Source of the DNA: Hormiphora californensis
Taxonomy: Eukaryota > Animalia > Ctenophora
Direction of reading: 5' to 3'
Assembly: GCA_020137815.1 (NCBI GenBank)
Contig: CM035350.1
Location: 7,626,001 to 7,690,000 of the forward strand
Length of the DNA stretch: 64,000 nucleotides
This document shows positions 52,332 to 64,000 of this stretch, in pieces (the first letter of the stretch is position 1; every line of letters starts with the position of its first letter). The position numbers and the translations under genes were made by a program. Below the pieces are notes generated by a model, which saw only the letters and a program-made list of their open reading frames with translations, searched no databases and had not been told where the DNA came from.

Positions 52332-54114
52332 ATAGAAAGAGGCCTGCGACCTTTCCTTCATCCATATCCCGAAGGAGATCATCAAACATACCCATCAGTA
52401 GGGTTTCACAGCTATGATTCACCCTGTAACCTGATTGATGCTTATTTAGTAACTCGTTCTCATTGAGATACGAATTGAGCTGCTCTAGAACTATCTTTTC
52501 AAGAAGTTTGGAGACAAAAGATAGGTTGGAGACTGGCCGATAATTGGTCAAAGTGTCCTTATCGCCATAAGGGTTCTTAATCGTGGGAAACACCAAAGCT
52601 TGCTGGAGAAGTTCAGGAACACTGGAACATCCAAGAGATAGGTTAATAAACCTGCACAAGACTGGAGCTAGCTCATGCATACACCCCTTCACTAACCAAG
52701 TCGGTATAGGGTCAAGATCACATGTCTTGTCTGGCATGTCTTTGATTATCCTCTTTAGTTTCTCTGGGGAAACTTCCTCAAATTCCTCAAAACAACAGAC
52801 GGGTGTCTGATGAATAGGGTTCCTCTTAGTCCTCAGATTCTTCTCTCCAATAACAGTAGACCGGATCCTATCAACTTTTCCAACAAAGAAGTCCGCAAAG
52901 TCATCCGCTAACCTCTGCTTATCTGTGGTTTCAGGCATAAAGGTCTCAGTATTACCAAGTAGACGGTTCAGTTTCCTTTGAAGGGCTTTAGGGTCATCTC
53001 TGGACTCCTCCAAGTCTTCCTTGACGTATTTCGTCCTCGCTTCCTTGTCAACACGCCCAAACTGCCTCTTGAGTTCATTGAACTGCTTCTTCGTGACGCT
53101 GGTTTTATTGTTCTCCCAGGCTCGCTCAGCATTCCGCCGCTGACGAAGAACTTGACGCACCTCTGGATTATCTCTCCATGGCCTCAGCTTAGCTCCTCTC
53201 TTCTTTCTCCTCTTCAACGGGACAGTCCTATCCACAAGTTCCTCAAGTTTCCTCATATAAATACACAAGACCTCCTCAGCTGATCCAGATTCCATCGCTT
53301 CACTCCAATCCACACTCCTAAAAGCACATCGAAGTATTTCAATATCAACAGCCTTGAAATCTCTGTACATGTCCACTTTTTCACGAGTCTTGTATTCACT
53401 TGCAACAGTTTCAATACACAGCTCCGCCAATACAAGAAAATGATCAGAGGTCGTTCCGTCAGGAAATACTTCAACTGATTGAACCTTAGAATATCTGTCT
53501 TTTTGGCAGAGAAGCAGATCTAAAGTACCACCACGAACATGAGTAGGTTGTAGTGGGACCCGCTGATCAAATCCAAGAGAGTCAAGTAGTCCAAGCAACT
53601 TCTTCGCATAGAAGTTCTGAGTATCTTGAACCTGGAAGTTAAAGTCCCCCATCAGGATAGGGTTCCCCGTTTTGCAGACCAACTCTGACAAATAATCAGT
53701 AAACTCATCCAAGAACTGGGCTTCCGTAAACCGTGCCTTGCCAGTATACGGAGGTCTATAGATATTGCACAGCCTCGTTACATCTTTTCCTCCTCCAATA
53801 AGGGCTTCCTGGACTTGAAACGATTTAAACTTGGCTTTTACCGGAGTGTATTTCAACTTGACACCATCCCTGTACAAGATTCCAATTCCACCTCCTGAAC
53901 GTTCCGCTCTAGGCAAGGAGAAGATATTCCAACCATAGTCTCTGATCTCCTGAAGTTTAGCTGTGTCACTCTGTTTCAGATAAGTCTCCTGTACCAAGCA
54001 GATGTCGCATCCTTTTTCCTCCAAGTGTGTAATTACACCTGACGTTTTATTCATAATAGAATGGACGTTTAGTGTGCCAATCCTCCAAGACGTTTTCCTC
54101 TCAGATCCTCCCAT
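52332..54114 (-). pseudogene. L2 ORF2 N-terminal part (APE endonuclease and start of RT)
   Basis: LNVHS, VQET, IYRPP, GDFN, TLDL, SDH and NYRPVSNL. Confidence 0.93.
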
Positions 54115-54436
54115 GCCCTCGTCAGGTACACGTTTTTTTCCTGCTTTGTTACTCCACTGGTACTCTCCATGAGTCTTCCTTTAGCATTTACATAGAATGG
54201 ACACATACTGCTGGAGGCTGGGTGACTTTGAGCATGGCGCTTGTCCTCTCTGCTTCCTCCATGATCACAGTTGACACATTTCATCCTGCTCACTACATTT
54301 TCCTTCTTGGCATGGCAACTCCTCGTGTCATGATCTCCCGTACAGAAGGCACAAACCGGAGATTTATCCTTGTTTGGACAGTAGATGGATCCTGCTACAT
54401 GGCCAAAGCGCTGACAGTGGAAACACTGCGTGACAT
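54069..54436 (-). pseudogene. L2 ORF1 C-terminus with three zinc knuckles
   Basis: QCFHCQRFGH..C, CAFCTGDH..C and CVNC..H..C. Confidence 0.85.
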
Positions 54437-54897
54437 AAAATAAAAATATATATATAAAAAAAATTTAAAAAAATAAAAATTTGTGTGCGTGCGTTTATTT
54501 TTTTCTCTTGGTCGGGAATTTTAAATTTTTGACTTGTCCTTTCGGCTTTCTCTCGTTTTTCACGAAATGGGCTCAAAAAAGTTTTAAAACTTCCACAGAG
54601 GCTTGCACCCCACACCAGTGACCGGAGCTAACGGCCCCGGACACCCAGGGACTTGCTAGGCAGTAGGCATCCGTCCCTGACGGATTCGTGCCTCAGAATC
54701 CCTTCGATTACATCGTTGAGACTTGAGAGCTCACGTGTTCTCTAGTATGGACAGGGCAATAATTGCGTCTAGTTACACCAGGTCCTACGTCTGCCTAGAT
54801 TCACATCAAACTTTTCAACACTACTTTAAACAAATTAATTTGAGGAAGATGAATCCGATGTAACAGCCCCGAAGGGCAGAAAAACGAAACGTTGATA

Positions 54898-55854
54898 ATG
54901 TCGGAAGCGAAGTACGAGGGCGATAACCCTATGATAAAACGAATAGAAGAGACGGTGGATGACTTTGTTTCTGAAGTTTACCTGTTGAAATCGGACAACA
55001 CGACGAGCATCACACCAGATGAGTTTACTCAATGTTATAGATCGATTCAAGCTGCACCCGATTCAATGTTAACCAACGACAGCTTAGCTTCGCCTAGCAA
55101 GCACTGGGGTTCGTACTTTAGACATTGTCTCAAGGACCGAACTACGAGTGAAATAATCGAGGCTACTTCGCGTATTTTTCTCTCCAGTATGAAACTTGCC
55201 CGAGCAACAATGAACAATTTTGAAACGGTTATCAGTGTGGAAAACCTCGAGAAACAGCTGCGTGAATGTAAAGAAGAACTTGACCGCCATCGGGTTAACG
55301 TAATCGAGCTTCAGCAAACGGTTATCAACCACCAGAAGCAACAACTCAGTACAGTGACAGCATCGGTGCAGAAGGTGAAAGCCTACTCTACTGTGCTAGC
55401 ACAGAATTGTGCTGCAACCTCCCCCAAAGTGGGAAAACCACTACCAGTGAATCATCCTACTCCCGTCCAACAGCCCGGAAGAGAGAAGAACATGGTTGTG
55501 TTTGGTCTCCCAGAAACAACCGATAGAGTAGCTAAAACTACTTTAGACGAACTTTTTGAGGAATTAAATGAGAAACCGAAAGTGACTACGATGAAACGCA
55601 TCGGCGAAAGAAATGAGAAGCGCCCTAGACCGCTCTTAGTATCCCTGGAGAAGAGAGCGACTCTCCTCGCACTCCTCAGAAAGGCACGAAACCTCAAAGA
55701 CTCCAAACAGTTTTCGGCTGTTTATCTCTCTCCGGATCTTACGCCCTCTGAACTGAAAGAGCAAAAAGCTCTAAGGTCCACTTTGAAGCGGATACGATCA
55801 GAAGATCCTGACGGCTGCTACTTCATCCGTAATAATCTTATCCAAGTGGGATAG
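54898..55854 (+). CDS. LINE ORF1p-like protein (coiled coil, RRM, CTD) in an ORF1-only element ending in (TTA)n at about 56003
   Basis: NMVVFGLPE, RIG..RPRPLLV and VYLSPDLT; no ORF2 before the tail. Confidence 0.8.
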   Translation: MSEAKYEGDNPMIKRIEETVDDFVSEVYLLKSDNTTSITPDEFTQCYRSIQAAPDSMLTNDSLASPSKHWGSYFRHCLKDRTTSEIIEATSRIFLSSMKLARATMNNFETVISVENLEKQLRECKEELDRHRVNVIELQQTVINHQKQQLSTVTASVQKVKAYSTVLAQNCAATSPKVGKPLPVNHPTPVQQPGREKNMVVFGLPETTDRVAKTTLDELFEELNEKPKVTTMKRIGERNEKRPRPLLVSLEKRATLLALLRKARNLKDSKQFSAVYLSPDLTPSELKEQKALRSTLKRIRSEDPDGCYFIRNNLIQVG

Positions 55855-56497
55855 TTCCCCACTAACTCACCGTTATCAGAGAACCGTGCTAGGAGCAGGC
55901 AGTCTACTGCAGTCCCTTTCAAATTAAGGAAAACGAGTTGTCTGTATACAAACTGTGTCAGTGCGGGATATAAACTGTCATTTTTATTATTATTATTATT
56001 ATTATAATGTCACTTTAAGCAAACACAAGAGAAATCCAAAACGAAAGACTAAGGAACTTTCTCGTTTATTAGGAAATTGATCAAGCCAGGAGTTTCTTAA
56101 TTTGTTGGAGTTTTTCTAAATTTGACATTTTTTGAAAAAGGGACACGTGTGCGGGTGTATCATAAGTATTGTGGTTTCGGTGTGTTCTGTTGAGTTGAGT
56201 GATTTATGTTTTCTGGTAAATTGTTAGATTAACATTTTTAAAGGTTCAAGGTCGTATAATGTATGCATATACATAATGAGTGAACTTTAAATTGACATAT
56301 AGATAAATTGAAAAATAAAAACAAGATTTACAAGATTGTAAACCTTGTAAATCTTGCTTAGTATTTTAATCTTGGGAGTTGGGCACTGTAGGAAAAGCCC
56401 GACCACTACCAAGATCACTAACAAAACAGTGCCTAATCTTGTTTCACAACATACATTTTAATGCAAATCCAATCTTAGCGGTTGCAGACTTGTCGTG

Positions 56498-59400
56498 ATG
56501 GATGACATTATGGCAATGCACCGTGGCAAACTGGAAAATGATAGACAGGCTCTTCGTACCATCAACACTCCTTCAAGGGTAAATACATCATTATTAGCAC
56601 CACCTTGTTTCGCTTGGTAATGAAATTATCCCTCCGCAAAAGCTCACGGGTATATAATATATATGCAATATAATACCAGGGGTGACTTCGTAACCAATTG
56701 TGTCGGTTTGATTTGGGAGAACACTTCTTTCAAGTAATCTATCACCACGATTGCTCAATATTATAAATGCTTCCTTTTCAGAGTCCTATTGTCCCCTCCA
56801 GACACAGCCTAGAAGCTCAGAGAAAGTGAGTATAATACTAAAGTTCGTTGTCGTGAAAACATAATATAAACAGATTCAGAACTCGTGGACATGACTTTCC
56901 AAAGTCTTCCCGATTCCCATTGAATTCTCATTCTCTAACTACTTCCTCTCCCAGTGTTCCGGTACGTCGAATCCCAACCCAATCCCCACCCGGGGGGTAC
57001 ACGGGGCTACAACTGGGTGGCTACGAGCGACACCAGAAAAATCTAAAGGCTCAAGCGAACCTAGAATACAACCAGTTTTTAGCAGCAAAGGTATTTGCAT
57101 ATATTTATACCCATCCCCCGACCCCTTCTGGTGTGCATGTACATCCGGGAATACACCCCCAGTTTTCACCGACCTGTTGTACAGTTTTACCCACCCAGTT
57201 ATTGCCTCCTCTCATTTCTCCCTCTATCCCAGAACCAAAGGAGGGGTATTATCACTGAGGATTCACCTCTACTGACTGCTGCAGCTGCTGCTGCTCCTCC
57301 ACAAAATAACAGGTAAATTATGTGTGTGCATATTTTCATGACATTTCCGTCGTCAATGCTAAAAGGCCATTCTACTTCCCTTATTTTCTCAAGTTCCATA
57401 CCTATTACCCCCTCCTACATTTATCTTCCTCATTTTACACACTCTATATTGCAGGAGGCCATCTCCCTCTCCAAGAAAGCCCCCAACTCCAAAAAGAAGC
57501 CCCAGACAGCAACCCCAACAGTCAACTGATAACGTAAGTGCTCTCTCATCTCCCTATGATATTCCTGGGCATCTAAGTTTCTCTCTTTCTCACATCACAT
57601 TTTGTCACAGTTTGATCTGTCTCTTATCTTTGTATTGCTAGAGGATCTCTCCTATTGTGAGAAGCCAATCTCTCTCAACTGCCATGGGGTCGAGTACTGC
57701 TTCTACTTGTAGCTTCAAGGATCGGTTGAGAGTATACAGTGATGAAAGGGTACGGAGAAGTGTATATGGTGAAGTGCAGGGTGAGATCTTTGACCTGGTA
57801 CGGGACCTGTTCAATCAGGCTGGTATGAAGGATTCCTTTCCCAAGAGTTTCTCTGCGAGCCGTAGTGTGTGGGATACGTTGAAGTGTCCGAGTAAGAGTA
57901 AAATCAAGGGGATTAAGAAGCCAGAACTGGATGATTTCACGGAAAAGGTGTGCCGTTTGCTCGTTGAGAGGTGTTACCCTGTGCTAGACCGCTTGAGTAA
58001 CGAAGTGGAAGACAGTGAGAGGAGGCTGTTGGACAGTCAGGAGGAGTTAATTACTTCACAGCGAGCATTGGTAGAGGCCCAGGGTCAGCTGGTTAAACTG
58101 CAGTGCGAGTTGTTAGAGAAGCGAGATAAGGAGATCTCTGCAGTACAGTCTACAGCAGAGGAGGAGATAAAGACTTTTTCATCGGTACTGAAAAAGAGTT
58201 GTGATAGTGCCCTACCGCAGCAAATTCGTACAGCTATTACGAGTGCTACAGAGGACAGAACTAGTAACGTTATTGTCCATGGACTATTTGATGATCCCAG
58301 TGAAACTAGCAAAGATCTGGAACATTCAGTTTGTGGAGTTTTCGACTATATGGGTGAATGTGTCACTAGTGTTTGGAGCATGACGCGGCTCGGGAGGTAC
58401 AAGGAGGGTACTGATCGACCAGTTAAACTACGCCTGTCTGGCCGTGAGTTTCGGGATACTATCCTGTCCTGCAAGAGTGGGTTGAAAAAGTCTGATAGGT
58501 ACAAAGATCTGTACATCTCCCCGGACCGGTCCCCTGAAGAGAGAGCGGAGAGGAGGAAGTTGGTGGCTGAGCTAAAGGAGAGGAAGGCGGCGGCACCAGG
58601 CAAGACTTTTGGGATTCGAGGAGGCAAGGTTATGGAGGTGGTGGTGTGAGGGCGTGAACGTGAGCGTGTTGAACTGTATTGTATGTTTGTGTTAATGAAT
58701 TCGGCAAGGTTTTGTGACTGGACTTTTGGGCATCAGAGCACCGGACAATTAAATTGGATTTAAAACATTGTTTTTGCTATTTAGACTTTAGTTATTTTGG
58801 CAAAGGTGAACCGCTCTGATCGCCGTGTAGTTAACTAGTTTTATACTCTAGTAACCTATATGGTATGAGCGTGTATACAAATGCTGTTATTATTATTATT
58901 ATTATTATTCATAGTGGTATGTATATTGTATAATATCCCACTCGCGACAACAATCCCACGGTACATGAGGTGTCACAGCTGGCAGTCAACTACTACCGAC
59001 ATTACAATATCTCAAGTTTCATTTTCCCACACGTCTCAAGTTCTCCCGCGTCGTTTCAAATTCTCTCTCCCTCCCAGGACGGAAACTTGGAGGAAGCGTA
59101 CCGAAAACTTCTGGAACAAAAACGGGAGATCGAGAAGAGGTATCGAGCACAACTTGGAGACTTCCCAGCTTCAAAGGTTCGTACACATGTGACTCAAGAT
59201 AGAGAGGGGTGCGTTTTAAAACGACTTGCTTGACATATTTCTCTCTCTCTCAGGAGAATCATGACGAAAAACAGAACCGGTAAGTTGCTTGTTTAGTGTG
59301 TGATGTCACAGGTGTGAGGTGTGTAACTGTGTATAGGGGGTGTAAAACCCAGGGAACAGTTGGACACTTGGACTCATGACTGGGCTAGAGATAGAGAGAT

Positions 59401-62400
59401 CACTTTTTCTCGCTCAGCTGCTGCTGCTGCACTGGATGCCACAAGCGCGGAAGAGCTAGAAAATTTGAGATGTCGCCATCGATCCAGATCGGGGAACGCG
59501 CGGTGTGTTACGTGTGTAAAGACTTGGCCACCGTCAGCATTTTGTGTCTCATGGTCAAATGGTGACGCGCATACATGGGGAGAACGGTTTGTCTTTTCGT
59601 ATCCAAGGCCGCAACGTAATTACCTACTTATCTCTGTAATTAAAGTGCAAAGACACAATTGCCCCTCTTTTTTCAGTAAGGTTTATTTTGAGGGTGATGA
59701 CGATTTGTCGCATGCTGTGAAGCGCCTGGAGCAACTCAGTTCGTATGACAATGAATTAGACAACTGGAATAATATGAGATCTGCTAGGAACGACAGGTAT
59801 CTATCTATTTGAGTTTAGACTCTTCCTCTCTATCTCTCTCTCTCATCACTTATTACATCTAAGATCATCTAACCACTGAACTCAGTGTATACTCTGTCTC
59901 TGAAAATATTGTTGCTGTTTTAGTCTTGTAATTCCTCACATCCCGACTCCTCATATCAGAGGAGTGAAGAGTGCCAGAGAGGAGCGTCCACCAGAGGTCC
60001 TGACAGCTAACGATCGGAGTAAGAGTGTTCCGGCAGAAAAGGAGGCCAGCCCACGGGGAGGTTTACAGCTAGGAGGAGGGGGAATGTTGCCTAACAGGAA
60101 ACAAGAATACGCAGAGGAGTTGAGGAGGCAGATGGACGAGCAACGAAAAGCCAAGTTGAGGGAAAGAAAGGAGTATTTTTCACCCGCCAAACCCGGAAAT
60201 AGGTAGGTTATAGGTTGTTCAGAAGAATCTGTTGTGGCCTAACTGTAGATTGTGAGTCTAAACTGCCCCTGTTATGATGTACATACCATTGAACCTTGGC
60301 CATTGTGTTTCTAATATCCCTCAACCCCAGCAGTGCCTATAACAGCCCGCTAATTCGAGCGGCTGAAGAAGTTTCCAACTCGGGTGCTGGCCCTGTCCGT
60401 CGGAATCTCGAGGATGAATTCGAACAGATCCAACAGGAGAGACAACCAAGACGACCTGCCCTGAAATCATCTCCTAGCAGACCTGCACCACCATCACGAG
60501 GACCCCCCTCACCCCGAGTTCAGCAACCACAGTACCCACCATCAGGGGCCGGGTACTATGGAGGAGGGGGTGGTGTACCACCACAACAACCCTTCATGTA
60601 CCCGTATATGTACCCGGGGTACCCTCCTCCAGGCATACCTCCCAACTACATGCAAGGTACATATTAGCACGCACATGTTAATTATTACAACTTGTGTATC
60701 TCAATTGACTAATGCTTACTGGTGGCTGATTTCACTGATTTTCTCTCTTTCTCCCACAGGTCCAATGAACCCTATGATGCACCCTCAAATGATGGCTCAG
60801 CAACAAGTACAACAACCTGCCTACGACCCTTACCAGTTCTACGGCCTGGAGCGGAGACGTAGTGCCGAATCCAGACACCGTCCTCCACCTCCTCAACAGC
60901 AGCAACAGTCCCACCAACCCGCCCCTGAGATTATACCCTCTCCTGCTGCTCCTGCTGGTGCTGTGACCAAGATTACAGAGATAGGAATAGGACACGATTC
61001 CCCCCGGCACGCTGGCATCACTAGGGGTCCCGTGTCCGCTTTGGACCCCCTGGACTACGCCAAGGATCTGAGGAGACAAATAGAGGAAAAGGAAAGGGAA
61101 AAGCTGCGGCAGAAACAGAAACTGGAGGCTGCTGATAGGAAATGGGAGGAAGAGAATGCAGATTATAATCCCTGGGGGAGGGGAGGAGCTGGGGCTCCCC
61201 TAAAGGATAGTCAGGTAACTTGAAAAGTCTTTATATTATCAGCCGCACATTACTGTTTATCAACTACAAACTAGTAATATATCTCTTTCTCAGGGTAACT
61301 CGGTGGCCAATCGACACCAGATGAAGCACAATGCCCAGGACCCCACACAACTCCAGATGGATCAGAAATCCCGTCTAATCCAGCAGCAGCAGCAGCCCGG
61401 GGCATCACCCGGCGGTACAGTAGGGCTAGGTGGGCCTGCTAACATGAACAGTGGAAGTGGTGGAGGTGGTGGTACTCCACGACAGCGTGAGTGGTTCTGA
61501 AATCATGATAACATGTACCATCAGTTTGTTGAGTAAGGGTTCCCCGCTCCTTACTCAACAACTATCGGTAGCTTTCTAGTTCAATGTACTCACATTCCCT
61601 CCCGCTCTCTCCTCAGTTGCCGGTGAGAAACACTTTGGTCGAGTTGCTGAGATCACTGGCATGAAACAGGAGGATGATCCAGTTAAGATAGCCGCTAAAA
61701 ACGATTACAAGAGTTTCCTACAGCAGCAAATCGAGGAACGGGCACGGATCAAAGAGGCACAAAAGGAAGCGGAGCGTTTGGAGGACGAAAGAGAGGTAGG
61801 TTAATATGGCAACCAAAACGAACTACTAAAATTTGCTCTGTTTCTCTAATCTCTGTGAATCATAAAACGGCGGTCAGCCAACTGTAACCCTATATAATGC
61901 CCTCCCAGTATCAGAGAATTGAAGCAGAACGGTTACGATTGAAGGCGGAATTCGAACAAGAAGTTCAGGCAAAGAAGGAGAAGGAGGAAGCCCAGAAGCT
62001 CATGAATGAACAACTAAAGAATGCGGCGGAGGAACGGCGTCAGGAGCAGGAAAGGAGGGCTGGGGAGGCACAGAAAGCCAGAGAGGAATCTGAAAAGAGG
62101 GCTCAGGAAGAAGCACGGAGGGCTAGGGAGGAAGCAACTCAACAACAGGCTGCTCCACTCATACAGACAGATGGACGGGCTAGTAGTCCACCACTACCAG
62201 CCATGCAGCAGCAGGCCAATCAGCGAGGAAACAGCCCCCCTCTACCAGCACAACAACAACAGCCCTCATCTACCCAACTTTACCAGCAACCTCCATCTAC
62301 CCAACTTTACCAGCAACCCCCTGTGCAGAAGCCTCCTAGTCCCCGGATCACCCCCAGAAGGAGCCCCACCCCACCGCGGGTTGCTAGTGGGGGAGCAGGG

Positions 62401-63275
62401 GATGACAATGCTCGTGATCATGTTATGAACCAGTTATCCGCGTTAAGGGCACAGTTGAACAGACTCCAAACCGTTAAACGGGAACAGGGGGGCCGTCCTG
62501 CTGGAGAGGTTCCCTCAGGAGGGGGATTTGAAACACCGCTGGAACGAGCTGCCAAACGACGAACTCCCCTTGGTAAGTGCCATAAACTGAAGCTTGTTGT
62601 TTAGTATAATAATATTATACTAAACAGCAAGCTTCAGATATTATTAATATGGACCTCCTCAAAAGAGAAGGAGGGTACAAATTAGATGAGCCGAAGCTCT
62701 TAGAGTAGGACCCTTGATTGTGTTTTCTGACAAATTTGAATATATATTCCCCCGTTTTGACGCAATACTCATTACTCACCCACCAGGAATGTTTAAAGAC
62801 CTAGAGGACGACATCAATACCAGCCTGCAGATCCAGGACAGGGACAGTCTTGATAACCAGTGTTCCAGTGAGTTTGTTGCGTGCTCCCCCGAACCCAGTC
62901 AAGTCCTCCATGGTCGGAGATCAACACAGAACAATCGATATAACAAACAGCGCCCACCCTCATCTACATCCACCTTGAGTTTTGATGTTCACAAGGTAGC
63001 GGAACGCAATGAGGAGAGGCTGAGGAGGCTGGAGAACATGTATTCGAGTAAGTGTTTTAGAATCATTTTCTGTACGTCCCTTTTCGTTACCGGTCTTTTT
63101 ATGATCCAATTATGCTCTCTGTTCGGCCTCTGTTTTTAAATTTAACTAACCCTAATTCTTCCTAGGTCGAGCACTTCACGAACAAAGTCCGGACATGATA
63201 CTGGATGCATTCCTGAGCGACAAGCAACCTGAACAAAGTTTAGAATGCGACACTGCTTACAAACCAGTCGATTGA
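56498..63275 (+). CDS. CSPP1: Centrosome and spindle pole-associated protein 1-like (CSPP1/CCDC66 family), many exons
   Basis: GLQLGGYE, YRKLLEQKREIEKRYR, YNPWGRGGAGAPLKD and ERNEERLRRL; coiled-coil and Pro/Gln-rich exons; not every internal boundary was verified. Confidence 0.75.
57684..58649 (+). CDS. Second LINE ORF1p-like protein in an ORF1-only element (about 57565-58909) inside CSPP1 intron 57534-59077
   Basis: SNVIVHGL, RLGR..RPVKL and LYISPDRSPEER; 3' UTR then (TTA)n at 58888-58909; no ORF2. Confidence 0.8.
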   Translation: MGSSTASTCSFKDRLRVYSDERVRRSVYGEVQGEIFDLVRDLFNQAGMKDSFPKSFSASRSVWDTLKCPSKSKIKGIKKPELDDFTEKVCRLLVERCYPVLDRLSNEVEDSERRLLDSQEELITSQRALVEAQGQLVKLQCELLEKRDKEISAVQSTAEEEIKTFSSVLKKSCDSALPQQIRTAITSATEDRTSNVIVHGLFDDPSETSKDLEHSVCGVFDYMGECVTSVWSMTRLGRYKEGTDRPVKLRLSGREFRDTILSCKSGLKKSDRYKDLYISPDRSPEERAERRKLVAELKERKAAAPGKTFGIRGGKVMEVVV

Positions 63276-63717
63276 GATTCGCTGAGGGATATTGAGGGAC
63301 TGAAGAGAGTAACGGATGGGCACAGGACGCTGCCAAGAAATTTGAATTATGTTTTGAAGAGAGAAGGGAACCAGGGACAGATATAACTTGAAGTGAAAAT
63401 TATGTTGAGAATCAAATAGAGAAAGAGAAAGAATTTTTGTTATTTTGACAGTTTGTACAGTGGCTTGTGTCTTGTGGAATTGAGAATTCCAATATTTAGG
63501 ATTAGTGCTACTGAATATGAAAGTTTAGGTTAGAATTAGATTAGAGAAAGTTAGAAGGCCGTGGTTCTGGACCTTTCTAGAACACTCGAGGTGTTCTTGT
63601 GCTGAATATTGCCGTGTGCCATCAAACAAAAGAAGTAGTCTAGATAATGATATAATTACTGAAAGTGATGAACCACGATGTTATTTGTAGCATGTTTTGT
63701 TCCTACTAAGTTTTCAC

Positions 63718-64000
63718 TTTTTACCTCCCCGTAACCAAACGTGTGTATTTTGTCGAAATCACTATCAGGGGTGCTCTTGTACTGTATGGCGGCGCCGGTA
63801 AGCGGTAAAGGTTGACCCGTCTCCTGAGAATTATATTTTTATTTGGCCATAACTCAGCCATTTCTTCACCAATTTGCAAAATATTGGGCACGTTGGAAAG
63901 AGGACATTGTGCTCTTTCAGATGAGCCCAAGATAATCAAAATCGGCGCAAATTGCGCGGCGCAATGGCGCAAAATGCGCGTTTTCGCCACTACGCCGCGC
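63718..64000. mobile_element. Probable start of another non-autonomous element (runs off the window)
   Basis: Abrupt switch to MITE-like sequence (CATAACTCAGCC..GTTGGAAAGAGGAC) and CG-rich repeats; no second end visible. Confidence 0.35.

Larger units (their letters stand above)
39610..54436 (-). mobile_element. 5'-truncated L2-group LINE with CCHC gag-like ORF1, split by two DNA-transposon insertions; (ATT)n tail
   Basis: ORF1 end 54436-54069, ORF2 54114-46295 (interrupted), 3' UTR 46294-45901, tail remnant 39610-39626; possible TSD AAAATAA. Confidence 0.85.

Noticed and set aside
54655-54692. Helitron 3' end (hairpin plus CTAG on the - strand)
   Set aside because: It is not followed by T and no 5' end was identified.

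Overview
Eukaryotic (animal) genomic DNA with short GT-AG introns. An integrin alpha places it in the animal/holozoan lineage. The compact style and acceptor-like AGs just before start codons would fit a trans-splicing invertebrate such as a ctenophore, but that is inference. Host genes recognised by manual translation: SLU7 (-, runs off the window, two apparent +1 frameshifts) and TMUB (-); a tightly packed + strand run of CHMP5, GSTCD-like, THOC3, MPDU1, a C2H2 zinc-finger gene and PSMD4/Rpn10; an integrin alpha (-) with two alternative, homologous terminal exons; and a CSPP1-like gene (+). The two head-to-head intergenic regions are filled by nested transposons. The first (4.8-19.4 kb) holds a collage of co-oriented hAT-like transposase fragments interrupted by an intact LOA/R1-type LINE, several MITEs, a CRE fragment and a probable solo LTR. 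The second (38-56 kb) holds an L2-type LINE hit twice by the same 5-6 kb satellite-bearing DNA transposon. The most notable candidates are two unrelated ORF1-only retroelements carrying an L2-type 3' end, the integrin tail switch (GFFKR versus Cys-rich/PDZ ligand), an operon-like gene run, the transposase collage and a 21-bp motif shared by unrelated elements. Family assignments come from motifs recognised by eye; no database search was run.
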